Part shown: positions 24,608 through 36,580 of the stretch, piece after piece
How positions within the stretch are numbered: position 1 is the first letter of the stretch
How the letters are laid out: each line of letters opens with the position of its first letter
Made by a program: the position numbers and the translations under genes
Notes under the pieces: model-generated
Told to the model about the DNA's origin: nothing
Database searches by the model: none
The model's input: only the letters and a program-made list of their open reading frames with translations
Origin: Trichosphaerium sp. ATCC 40318
Taxonomy: Eukaryota > Protista > Tubulinea
Length of the DNA: 64,000 nt
Reading direction: 5' to 3'
Assembly: GCA_038496445.1 (NCBI GenBank)
Contig: JALMLS010000056.1
Location: 124,001-188,000 of the forward strand

Positions 24608-27536
24608 TTATGCATCATCCTCTGGATAACGCCAATTCTTAGCGACGTAGTCTTCTAAAATATCATCCTCATCGCTAGGTTCATCATCATACTTGACTTC
24701 GTACTGGTTCAATTTCTACAAGACAAGCAAGAGTTAGTAACTTTGACTGAACAAAAAAAAAGACTTCGGACTTACGTTGTTCCAACATGTGACAAATCCA
24801 GGCCACCACGTATCATGTTCCGGCCAATAAATCTCAACACGTCTACCAATACGAGAATATGTCAATGCCTGACCAGTTAACCCTTCTTCTTCTGTGGAAG
24901 TCTTTTGTTGTTCTACTTTTCTCTTTTTTGTGCTCTTTCTAGGTGATGTAGATCTTTTACGCTTTCTGGTATCACTTCGTTTAGCGCCAGCAGGTACATA
25001 TTCACCATCGTCTTTATCCTCGAACTCGTCTTCAGACTCTGATGAACTATAGAGCGGCTCGCTCTCATTCATAAAATCTGGAGAGATTTCGGATGTTAGT
25101 AAACCTTCAAGAGGAACATCAAGTTGTTCACTTTCATTCTTCTCTAAAGGCGTTTCATCTGACATAACAGCATCTTCGCTTAACATAGCAGGGTTTCCAG
25201 CACTTTTTGGTGAACTTTGTACTGAATGAGGTGTTGCGTCTGGTGTAGGTGTATCTTTGTTAATCACGGCAGGATTACCTGCGTTATTTGATGTGCTTTG
25301 TACTGAATGCGTAGCATCTGGTGTAGGTGAGTCCCTGTTGATCATTACTGGATTACCGTTATTGTTCGAGTCTGGTATAATTGAAGTAGAACGTGATTCA
25401 GTATTATTGTCACCAGTAAGTTGTTGTGAAAAAAAATCAATAAGTGAATCCATTAGTTCATCTTTTTCTTGAGGTATCTTTGCTTGTGGTATATCCAAAC
25501 CTCTTCCTACTCCACTATTTTGAGGTGTTGATAATGGTGGGTTGAGCTCCTCTTCTTCCTCATCGTCTGAATCTACAGAAAAAAGAGTGAGATTCAAAGT
25601 CAGCGCAAGGAAATAATTTCACACCTAAAAGGCTTATCACTATTGGTGCCTGTCGCTGTGGTGTAGAGGTTGTAGACGTTTTTTTTGGAGCGATTGGAAT
25701 ATGCTTCTCGATTATTTTAGCAATATTTAATTTGCTTTCTGTCTTTACTTCTGACCTCGGAGACTTGCCCTTAACATCTTTTTTGGCCGAAAACGTTCCA
25801 TCTTTTTTCATATCGTTAGAATTATGTTTCTGTTTATAATGGCGTACCTGGGTAAACGTATACAGTTGATGTATCCAAATTTGTTGATTTAATTACAGAT
25901 CTACATTGAAAATGTCAGATGCATGTCATTTTTTTTGACACATTAAAATCAGAAATTTATGAGAAAATGATAAAATCTGTCATACTCAAAATACTCGTCA
26001 ATTATAAGGTTATCAACAAGTGCAGGCTTGGAACAAATAGGACATAAATATTTTCTAGATCTTTGATTGAGTTGCAAATACACTCGAAGGTCAAAACACT
26101 ATAAAAACGACGTAAGTGAAGGAAGTAAATAAAATAAAATACAATTACCTGAATATGAGAACAGGATGTTGCACGACAAGGCAGTCGTATTCGCGACAGC
26201 ATAAGTGGATCCAAAAGAGATATTTTTGACATCACCTCCATAACATCACCCGCTGAAAATGATGATATAACTAAAAAGTGAGTTACAATAAGACAAAGGT
26301 GCAACACTAGTAGACTTGTATTACCTTTTTGTTTCGCAGTGGCGTAAGGTATTGTTGCTTTTTTTCTGACCTTATTAACAACCTGCTCTACATCATTAAG
26401 ATGCACAGCATGTACTAGGATATAGTACGTCTAAAAAGAACAATCAGAAAATAAAGTATGTTTAAAATATTTGTACAAATGATAACGTACGTATAGAGTT
26501 GAGAACTCACACTTAACTTCTAACAGGTTTCTCCCTTGCACGACTTGTGATGTTATATCTAAAGGATCACTTGGTTCTATATCAAAATGCACATCATTCA
26601 CATGCACACAACCTAACAAAGGTTATACTTTTTCAAATAAATCATTTTGTAATTATCCTCTTCAAATTTTCTAGCGATTTACCTTCTGGCCACTCAAGCA
26701 CTGGTCCGTTAGGTAATAATTGATGATGTTTATAACATCTTGCAATGATACTGACCGTTTTTGGTTCAGTTTTAGTGGCATCAAGTACATGTTTTGGAAG
26801 ATTAAAATATTGTTTTCGCGAGTACCCACGAACGACTCCATTCCAGTGGATTAGCTCTCTTTTTTTAATAAATACGTCGTTTGTTTGTTCCAAGTTCTTG
26901 AGCCTGTTTTTCATTTGAGTGTTAACCGCTCAAACTCAGATTGAAAAAAAAAAAGAAGATATTTTGTAAACTAGTTCCAGAGGTAACGTACGATGCTGGA
27001 AGTTCACTAGTCATTAAACTGATTGCGTCGTCATCACTGTCGCTTTCTACGATCGGTATCCTGTTAACTTCTGCTTCTGCTTCGGATGGCATTTCGTACA
27101 GAAATCCCATTGGACTGATTGAAAAATGAGCGCGTAAACGAGCTAAAAAAACCCTACAAAGACTTGTGTGCGCCCTTGGTTACTTTTCACGTACCAACCA
27201 GCGCGTATAATGGACATTAGTGCTATTTGTGAGTTGTATGTCACTATGCGCAAATTGAAGTACTTCTCCCATAGCGCACAGTGGGCTTTAATTAAATCTT
27301 GAAGGGCGCCTTTGTTTAATTGTGAATATCCTCTAAATTGTCATTTAATACCGGATGCTAAGTAATGTAATGGCGCTCACCGTATTTTTGCCACTCTGCA
27401 TATATTCTTCAATTCCGCAACTCTACAACTACGAAGCACCCTAAAACATTTAGTGTCATTCCTAGGGACCCTTTGGGTGCGTGTACTGATAAAACTGGAC
27501 ACTTAGCCAAGTACTGAGTGGTTCTTCTCTATTCAT
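24608..27536 (-). CDS. SIZ/PIAS-type SUMO E3 ligase (SAP/Rho_N-like N-terminus, SP-RING, SIM) with a C-terminal Tudor-like domain
   Basis: [33 protein letters not shown]; [28 protein letters not shown]...YLCPICSK; [17 protein letters not shown]; [21 protein letters not shown]...YEVKYDD. Confidence 0.8.
25180..25360 (-). repeat. Coding tandem repeat of about 26-27 aa, about 2.3 copies, within the SUMO ligase
   Basis: [26 protein letters not shown] / [27 protein letters not shown] / GNPAML. Confidence 0.8.
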
Positions 27537-27692
27537 AATACGACCATCAGTGAATCGTTGTGTTGATAGTACATGCCCCTTTGGTGCAGAATAAAAATAT
27601 GATGGACCTTAACGCTACATTCAAAAAACGCCTGTCAAGTCACTTCTATTTAAAAAGAATCACTAGCGTTACGCTTCTTCTGGCTGTTTCAT

Positions 27693-30381
27693 ATGGAGGG
27701 TCCCCTAACGAAAGAAGGGAATGTTTACAAAACATGGAAGCAGCGGAATTTCATACTGAAGGGCACTAAGTTGTCTTATAGCAACAGCAAACAAGTATAT
27801 ATCAATCACGTAGTGTAGTACGTCTGACGTTTCACTAGGAAAAAGGAACGTTTAAAATACCTTCAGGCACCAAGGTACTTACTTGTTGCGCGTGGGTTAC
27901 CTTTATTAATAGAACTGCAGGTTGGGTTCGCTCCAAACTACAAAAACGCCAAGAATAAAGACACTTGCTTTTGCATCGAAACACCATCGCGTTGTTTGTA
28001 TTTGTGCGCAAAAGACAGACCAACTGCCGTTTTATGGCTAGAAGCATTATCTCAAGTCAAAGGCGTCAAAAAGACGAGCGAGGTACCTTTAGATCACTGT
28101 AGTGATACCGCTAGCCTGTTCTTCTCAAAAAGACTTTTATGAAGTTTCATTTGAATTGGGTAACGATTCCAAAAGCGCTAAAACTTGTTTTGAAGCTTAC
28201 TGCTAGCCACTATTTTAATTTCAACAACGTGACATGATCTTATTTTTTTAATTCTCATTTTTCGTTATTCTCAATTCTCTTTTTCTGTAGATAGACCGCG
28301 AAGAAGAAAAGGTATCGAAACAGAATAAACTTATGACATCTGGACTGCAAAAGTATCATAATATGAAAAAAAAAGCCAGGAAAAAATTACAGACGTCCTT
28401 GAAGCCAAAGTACGACAAATATAACTATGTACAGCGTTATTTACTCTTCCAAGTGAAGGCGGTGGAGCTCAACAAACGTCATCTACGCCAGCAAGTAGCT
28501 CTACAAGTACGACAATTTGAAAAATAATAAACCAAATAACATTATTTTGTAGATACTCCTCAGGCCGGTGCTTCCACTACGGCTTCAACAGCGCCCCCAG
28601 CGGAGATGAAAGGAGCTCCTCCACAAGACAGACCAACGAAAGAGTATAAAATACCTGCTTTGTCTAGAATTGGTGACGTGAGTCGTTGTAGAATTTTAAT
28701 GCTAGCGTGTAACCTTTTTTGGCTGTTAGGAAAATTTCTCCGAACAACAAGTACCTAAACGATACAAGAGTGAGGGAGATGGTTTAAAAATAATGCAAGA
28801 TAAAGCAGATGTCATTGCTGATTATCCAGAAGCTTGGCTTGAGGATTGGTGGGAACCACCAGAGTACGTTGAAAAATTTTGTTTTTTTACGAACATCACG
28901 TGATTTTAATATTGAACAACATGCGACTCTCTATGCGAATACTTCTGTTTTGTTTTAGAATGAAAACCATTTGTTTAAACTTGTTTGTAGGGATATGACA
29001 ATGAAACAATTTCCTCATGGATTCACATGTGACCTACTTGTTGCGAATGTTGAAGATGAAGATATGAAAATAACTGGTGTTATTGGAGAGCTTAAGGTAT
29101 GTCTGCGAGCGAATGTAATTTGAAAGTACTGACAATAACTGTTAGATGTATTCTGAATACGAGGAAACAACGTATGCACTAGTGAAGAAGAGTGATAAGT
29201 GGGTGTCAACCTATGATCACTTGGTTGTCCCAGCGCGAACAAAGATTTCATTACCTGTTCGTTTTGTTCATATGATAAATGGCAAACGACCAGCTGGCGC
29301 TGATGATTCCCACGAGTACGCACCACAAAACAACTTTGTGTTTTTGTTTTTCGCTCACTAAAAACAACAGTGCTTGGCCGAAGTTAGGTCAACCGTGCAC
29401 TCTTCGAGTTAAGCTTGAATCTGGCGATAAAATGGTATGACATTTTTCTTGCTGTTTTTTTTGCTTATACTAGTTTAGTCTTCTCTCCAGTTGGAACAGT
29501 ATAATACGCTATCTGAGGATTACTTTATGCACCAAGTACCTCCAAAGAAGAGGTAAGAATAGCGAAGAGTCATTTTCTTTTTATAACGTTCTAATACTTG
29601 CTTTAGAATGTTGGCGAAATATAATATGGATGATCTTCCTTCAACTCATTTGACGTATTGTGATAGTTCTAGAGATATGAGACGTATTTGGGTTGTGGTA
29701 TGTTAATTTTGAAAGAAACACTTTCGTAAGTTGTTTGGTTCTCAACTTGCTTAGACTTATTACGATAAACGTAAAAAGTGTTTGGGCATCCGAACACCTA
29801 AGTCTACTCTATCAATTGACGATCAACTGAGAAAAGACTCTGTTATTGAAGCAGCCATTGATAAGCGAGGCAAGACTGTTATTCATAAGGAGGAGATTGG
29901 ATCTACTACAGTTGAAGGGTAAGAAACAAGGATTTTTCTCTTCCTGTTTTCTTCTGGTTCAGTTGTTCATCATCACATCGTATAGAGTCACCCTTCCTTT
30001 TAACATTTGTATAGGGATAAAGAATTCTCTGTGAGTATTAGTTTAGTGGTGGATAGTGACCGCATGTTGGCCTACGCTGTTAATGTTAACATACAGTCTA
30101 CCACAGGTACTTTTTGATTGATGAAGTAACATGTTTATTTGTAAAACTTAAGTTTCTAACTCATTATACCAGGAAACGTAAGTGACCATGTGAGGATTTG
30201 GACAGTTGAAGAGTACGAGAATATGGACGGAGGTAAAACAGAAGAAAAAAGAGAGTCTGTTGCATCGAAATCATCGGAAGCATCGGCAAAATCTAGCTCT
30301 CATAATAGTGCAAGTCACGATACAGAAAAAAATCCTGAAAGGGATTCTAATGATAATAGCGGTGATAGTCCTGCTGAATAA
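27693..30381 (+). CDS. PH-domain protein with an uncharacterised C-terminal globular domain; start uncertain
   Basis: MEGPLTKEGNVYKTWKQRNFIL...CFCIETPSRCLYLCA...WLEAL is a PH domain, followed by a low-complexity linker and a multi-exon globular region. Confidence 0.7.
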
Positions 30382-30644
30382 CCAAAAAGCTGCGAAGTTG
30401 AAAACCATAAATGTAAAACAAAAAAAATATTGGCAGTGTTAACAATACACGTACTTCTAAAACACCCTAGCTGTGTGACGTAAATTTTGGCTCAGGTTTT
30501 GTTTATTTCAATTGTTTATATTGTTTTATATAAATTACTTTTGGGAGGTTCGTTCCAAAAATGGATCAAGGGTCTCCTTTTTGTCGTCACTTTGACGTTG
30601 ATACTAAAGTTTTTTTTTTACAAGTGTATCCCATTTTTCAGAAC

Positions 30645-33600
30645 TTAAATTTCTTCTGATAGTAGCTCAGCCAAGCGTTTGGAAGCTGTTTTCATAGCAT
30701 CATTAAAGTCTGGTGAAACTGCTAATTCTTGTAGCTGTGGAATAAGTCTTTGTAAAACTTCTCTACCACTGACTAAAAGAAGGGTGAGAATAAACCCAAA
30801 AAAATTACAAGCTGAAGCAAAAAAAGTACCATGTTTTGACACTGATAGTAGACAACGTAAACACGTTGATATTAATCCTACTTCTGCTTTATAAGTCAAA
30901 AACTCTGCAAATGCCTCATAGGCACTAGAGTCAACGAGGTAAGCACGTTCTTCATCTATCAAACAAAATCAGCTTCAAAAAAAAATGGAAAACCAGTAAA
31001 AACTCTCGGTGCTTACCTGTTAGCGCAAACTTAATAACAAGCTGCATTGCCCAATGTCTTGCATCTACACCATCTTCATCTGATGCACCAAGAGCAAAAG
31101 CAATAGCTTTTGTTACAGCATCAGTCTGCATTAAAGTCTCTCTTGTCTCAGCATTATCACAAAGATTTGCCAACTGACGAACAGCACTCAACTTGAGCTC
31201 TTTGTTATCGGAGTTCAGGCAATCAACTAGAACATATAGAGCACCTCCTTTACGGAACTCTTCGTGAAGGTCATCACCTGCTTGTAAGAAACTCTCAGAG
31301 AGCGCCAAAGCAAGCAGTTTTTCTTCTGCAGAAGGAGCATAATGAAGAATAGACGCAAGAGCCGGAATACCGCCATTAAGAATAGTACGCTTAACAGCAC
31401 GCACTACAAAAGACTTAAGTCAGCTTTTGTGAAAATATGTTGTTTTTTTGAGGGTAAAAACACAAAGAAGCAGTTCGTGTTTGACGTACGGTTATCTGTG
31501 CATAAGGCCTTTAGGGCGCGTAGCGCTGCCAAACGTATATATTCTTCTGGTGTTTCTAATAGTTGTAGAAGGTTTGTTGTGGCTTTAAGTATACCAAGGG
31601 TATCCTTTGATGTTTCTTTAAAGAATAAGTGCCTAATATAAATATATTTTTGACGTACTGTCTTCGCACATTTGCATTATTGCAACGACACATAAGCGTT
31701 TAGATTCAAGGTTATCAAGTGCTGGTAATGCATTCACAAGAATAGAAAGACCACCAAGATCACGAACTTGAACACGCCCTTCTTCTGAGTAAAAACTGTC
31801 AAAAAGATGTACTCCTTGTGTACCCAAAGAATGGAAAATAAAAAACAACAAACACTTACCGTTACTCTTTGTAATCTGCTGTATGATTGTTAAAGCTTCT
31901 GCAGCATCTTCTTGATCATTTACACACTCTTTTATAATATCCAAAAAACTTCTAACCATTTGTGCCCTTGTGATATCTTCCTTGACATTATCTAAAAAAA
32001 TGGTATTCTTATCAGCTTCGTTCCAAATATATTAATAAAAAAACAGGAAAAGCATACCGTAGCCAACTAATAGGTTGATTGCTTTCCCTACACGTAATCT
32101 ATCGTGTAGTAAAGGAGTAGATAATAGACTTGCGAGAACATTGTGCATCCTAGGTGAAGAGAAAAGCCCTCGAAGTTCCTCTATAGCAAAAAGTTAGCTC
32201 TTCTGTTGTGATAGTTCTTTAAAAATGTACCTGAATCAAAAGCGCTTAGAACAAGTAGAAATCTGATTTGGGTATCAGGCGTTGAGCTAGCGAACAAAGA
32301 AAGGCAGAGCTTGACACCACCATTCACTTCAAACGTCTAGTATCGTTTAGTACGGAACGACAGGTATTACCGACTTGTACGTACTTGTTTTGCTGGTTGA
32401 CTTCTAAGCAATAAAGCCATTGTTTCAGCAGACTACAATATACTTTAGTGGAAGCAATACGAACTTTGTTGTGCGTACATATTTTACTACTTCAGGATGT
32501 GGAGCCGTAAGGAGTTGCATCAATACATTTACAGCGTCACTAGTGGCAAGAATAGTGAGTAGTCTGTCATCCTTTGTCATTAATAACATTGCTTTTGCAG
32601 CCTTTAAAAGGTGTGAGTAACAACAATGCAGATAAGATGTACTCAATAACATACGTATAACTTGAGGCTAACTTCTGGAAGAGTGAGCAACTTAATAATA
32701 GCAGATATACCACCAAGTTTTACAATCTCAGCACGAAGAGGTGCAAGAGTTATAAATGACACTAAGAAACATACAGTCAACTAATTTTACTACAATATTT
32801 CTTTCTCATACCTAGTGAGCGTGCTGCTTCTGTTTGCAAGTCCACAGAACTAATGTACGTGTCAGAAGCATTGCAAATGATTTTTTAGAGTAGAGGAATA
32901 CGCACGAAGCATTATTCTTGATGATAGACATAATAATTTGAAAACAAGGTCCACCATGTTTAGCAAAGAATGTGACACGTTCAGCTAGAGTAACGTTAGA
33001 AAAAATACGTCTCCTAGTATAATTTTGTACGTTGTTGTGGTATGGCAGTTAGTGCGTGCATTGCTCTCTTTACAGTACCCAAGTCTTGGGAACCTAACAT
33101 TTGCTCTATTTTTTCAAGCAGAATAGTAACCTTTACTTGTTCATCTTCGCTAAGAGATGTAGCCTATTAAAGAAAACCTGCGTTAGTCCTAGCTTGGTGT
33201 TTAAATGCGTACAGCATAGTCATATTCTGTTGCTTCATATTGCAATAGTAGGTGATCTTCTTGACTCAAAATTGCCACTAATTTATCGACACCTGGGCGG
33301 TTTCTATTCCAAAATAAGTATGGTCAAAAAAACTAAAGAGTACTCTGCATTTGATGCCCATGATGCTTCAACTAGTTTTTTGAACACTTTAAAAGTGTCA
33401 CCTGGTAATACAGGTCGTGATTTTTCAGCTGCAATCTTATGAATAACTCTAGCGTTTGGTAGACCCTCGTATGGGTTCTGTGTGGTCAACATGACATATA
33501 GGAGCATTCCTAAAATGAATCATCAATAGAAGACTCAACACAACTCAATGAAACAAATAAAGCATACCAAAGCCATAGATATCAATCTTTTCTGTGTAGG

Positions 33601-36287
33601 GTTGTCCTAATATTACCTCTGGAGCCATAAACGCAACATGTAGTGATGTTGAGTCAAGTTCATCCTTGATATCCAAGTAACCGTAATCCTGCGGTTAATG
33701 CATTAGTACTTGGCCATGAAATCGATAATAATCTTACTGTCAAGCGCATTACGCCATCTGCAGATATAAGTACATTCTTTGGCTTGACACTTCCGTGTAT
33801 TAAGTTCCTAAACAGCAAGCTTAGCTTAAATCGTTACAACCTAAATATAATGTTACCTTGAGTGAAGATACTGAAGACCCTTTGAGCAACCGCGAGCAAC
33901 TTGTAATATGAAGTCACCTTCAAGTGAGTTTTGCTACAATAAAATGTAAGAAAAGTTGTAAAGTACATCGAGATGACCTTTGCTTTGATATAAGCGTCTA
34001 AATCAACACCAGGTATCCAATTACGCATTATAAATATACCATCACTACCGCGAACAGCTCCACAAATGGGAACTAAGTGTGAGTCTTTAAGAGCCCTGCA
34101 AGTGTTAACGGTAGGAAAACCAAGAAAAAAACATTTCTGTAAAAAATATCTTACATGAGTTGTTGAGTTTCATGTGTGAACTTCTCGTAGTTTTCTTGAG
34201 TATCCTGCATTTTTATTCTCTTTATAGAAACATCCATAGCACCATAATCGCGATACCATACACCTTGGAAAGATACACCATAACTACCCTGAAAGACAAG
34301 TCAGCGGTCAACAAAGTTTTGTTTGTGTAAAACAAAAAACTGCTATGCTTACATATCCAAGTTGCATTTGCATCTCAATAGATTTCCTAGGCGTATCCCA
34401 TGCGGCGTGATACGAGACATCTGTATTTAGAGTATAAATGAAATATACGCTACTAGTGATCGTTTACCTGGTTTTGGCTGAGCAACAGGTGCTTGTACTT
34501 GTGGTTTAGTTCTACTCCCACCATCTATCATATTATCTAACATTGCATCGAAACTAGTTGTATTAATAAGCGAGATAATTTTTCATTATTTCAATGTTGT
34601 ATAGTCCAAATGTTTTTTACCTTGTTGGATCTTGATCAGGTAGTCCTTCTTCAGCAGCAAATTTGGTTTTGGTGTCAGGTCGCTTTGGTTCTCTTTCGCT
34701 GTTTTCGTTCGCTGCAGCGTAAGGTCTTGTGATGACTTGAGAGACCATTGTGTCAAGCATCTATGAAAATGGTTAGAAAAAAATTATTACAAAATGGAAT
34801 GAAATGACCTTGAAGTAATCAGGTTCATCACCATTATCATCAGCATCTCCCTCAGGATCTTCATCTCCAGATGCACCATTATTATCTTCTGCATGTGGAC
34901 GAGCTGGTATTTGTGGTGCCTAAATAAATACGTTAGAAGAAGCGATTTTTTTGTTACGAAATTATACTTCATCTAAAATGTTTTCAATGGCTTCAAAAAA
35001 GTCTTCAGAGGCATCCATCGGTAATGGTGGTGGACTCTCTCCTGATACATCAACATCTAAGTCTCTATCATCAAGTAACTCATCCAAACGAGCTATAGTC
35101 TCCAACTTCTCAGCAGTTTCAGATATTTCTTCGTTATCCGTATTTGTAGCTTGAGATCTCTGCTCAAAATCTTCTCGTCTTTCAACAGCTGTAACACCTT
35201 TTGCCTTTAAAAAACAACTGTGAGCGTTACATGTATTGTACAAATAGTTTATACCTTGTCTTTCCATCTTCCTTCATCATTATATTGGTGAGCAAGCAGC
35301 CTATCCTAAATAAAACCGTTAAAATTATCGCTTTTGTTGTATCCTCTTTTTCAACGAGTACATACATCCTTTGTAATTAAATCCCAGTCAAGGTAGTTTA
35401 ATCGAGGTAACTCATGAATTATAAAGTGCTTAAAGTCTGGTATAGTCTTTTCTACAGGATTTCCAGAGAAGTTAATGTATTGCAACTAAAAACGAGAAAA
35501 GACGTTAATACAACAACCACATTGAAGTTAAATCATATAATAAATGCCCTGTATCACCCACCTTTGGTAACTGCTTCAAGTGTACAAGCACAAAAGCGTA
35601 AAACTCGCTCATTGTAAATCCGATGCTGCAACTTCCAATATCCAATACTTTCAAGTTTGGCAAGTGAGCCAAGTGATGTAAACCAGCTGTGATGTGTAAG
35701 TAGCGTAAACTAAAAACTTGACAACAAAATTAATAGGACATACTGGCTATGCGATTGCCACTCATATTGAGGTTTACAAGGTTTTTAAGTCTAGCTATTG
35801 AGCTTGGGAGTTGATCAATGCGGTTACGTGCCAATGAGAGTTGAACAAGACCTACGAGCCCCTGAATGCGTCAATACTTCCGTAAAGACCATAAACACGT
35901 ACTTGTAGGTTTACTGACGATATTGAATTGTTATTGGCAATCAAGTTCTTCAATTTGGACAAATGGCCTGCATTCTTCAATTCAGACAAAGCGTTATAGC
36001 TAAGATCCAACCTAAAGCGAAACGAATAAATAAAAGCCAGTTAAATAATTCTCGTACGCTTTGAGAACATCTGGCACTGCGTTTAAGAAGCTGTCGTCCT
36101 CTAATTGGAAATCGGGAGCGGTAAGGTCCAGAAATTGTGTTTGTTTAGTTACAATAAGCTGTGCTTCCTCTGTCGTGAGTGTATACTTCGTATTACCGCA
36201 AAGGTTTAGTTTTGTCTCAGGGCGGTGTTTGGGATTCAGTTTGGGCTTTTTAAATTCAGCAGGCAGCTTTAAGCGTCCTGTGGCCAT
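30645..36287 (-). CDS. LRR - pseudokinase (TKL-like) - armadillo-repeat protein
   Basis: LRRs (LDLSYNAL, LSLARNRI, LNMSGNRI); kinase fold with LGYGSYG, HGSVKPKN, DYG, FMAPE and DIYGFG; ARM repeats (LGGLSILV, GGIPAL, KGGALYVLV). Confidence 0.8.
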
Positions 36288-36580
36288 TGTATCAACACCG
36301 TATCACTTACTCAAGAAGTCTTGCCTTATTAAGCGATGTAATTGTCATACGAAGTCGTAACAACGCACAGAAAGTCCTGTTTACGCGATAGGAGGCCTTA
36401 CAATGCAAGTAGATTCACTCTGACAGTTTTTACATTTACTCTTTTACAATTATCCTTACCGGGTCGGATGTAGCTCAAATAAAACCAACAAAGTCTTTGT
36501 AGTTTTTGCTACCATTTTCTCCTTATCCACCCAACTAAGTTTGACTAAAGCGTAACTATTTCTTAAATTAGAAGCACTGC
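36288..36580. promoter_or_regulatory. Putative bidirectional promoter between the LRR-pseudokinase-ARM gene and the peroxidase-DOMON-GPCR gene
   Basis: Divergent starts at 36287 (-) and 36581 (+). Confidence 0.45.

Noticed and set aside
36461-36480. GGATGTAGCTCA resembling a tRNA 5' end
   Set aside because: No anticodon arm, T-arm or acceptor complement follows.
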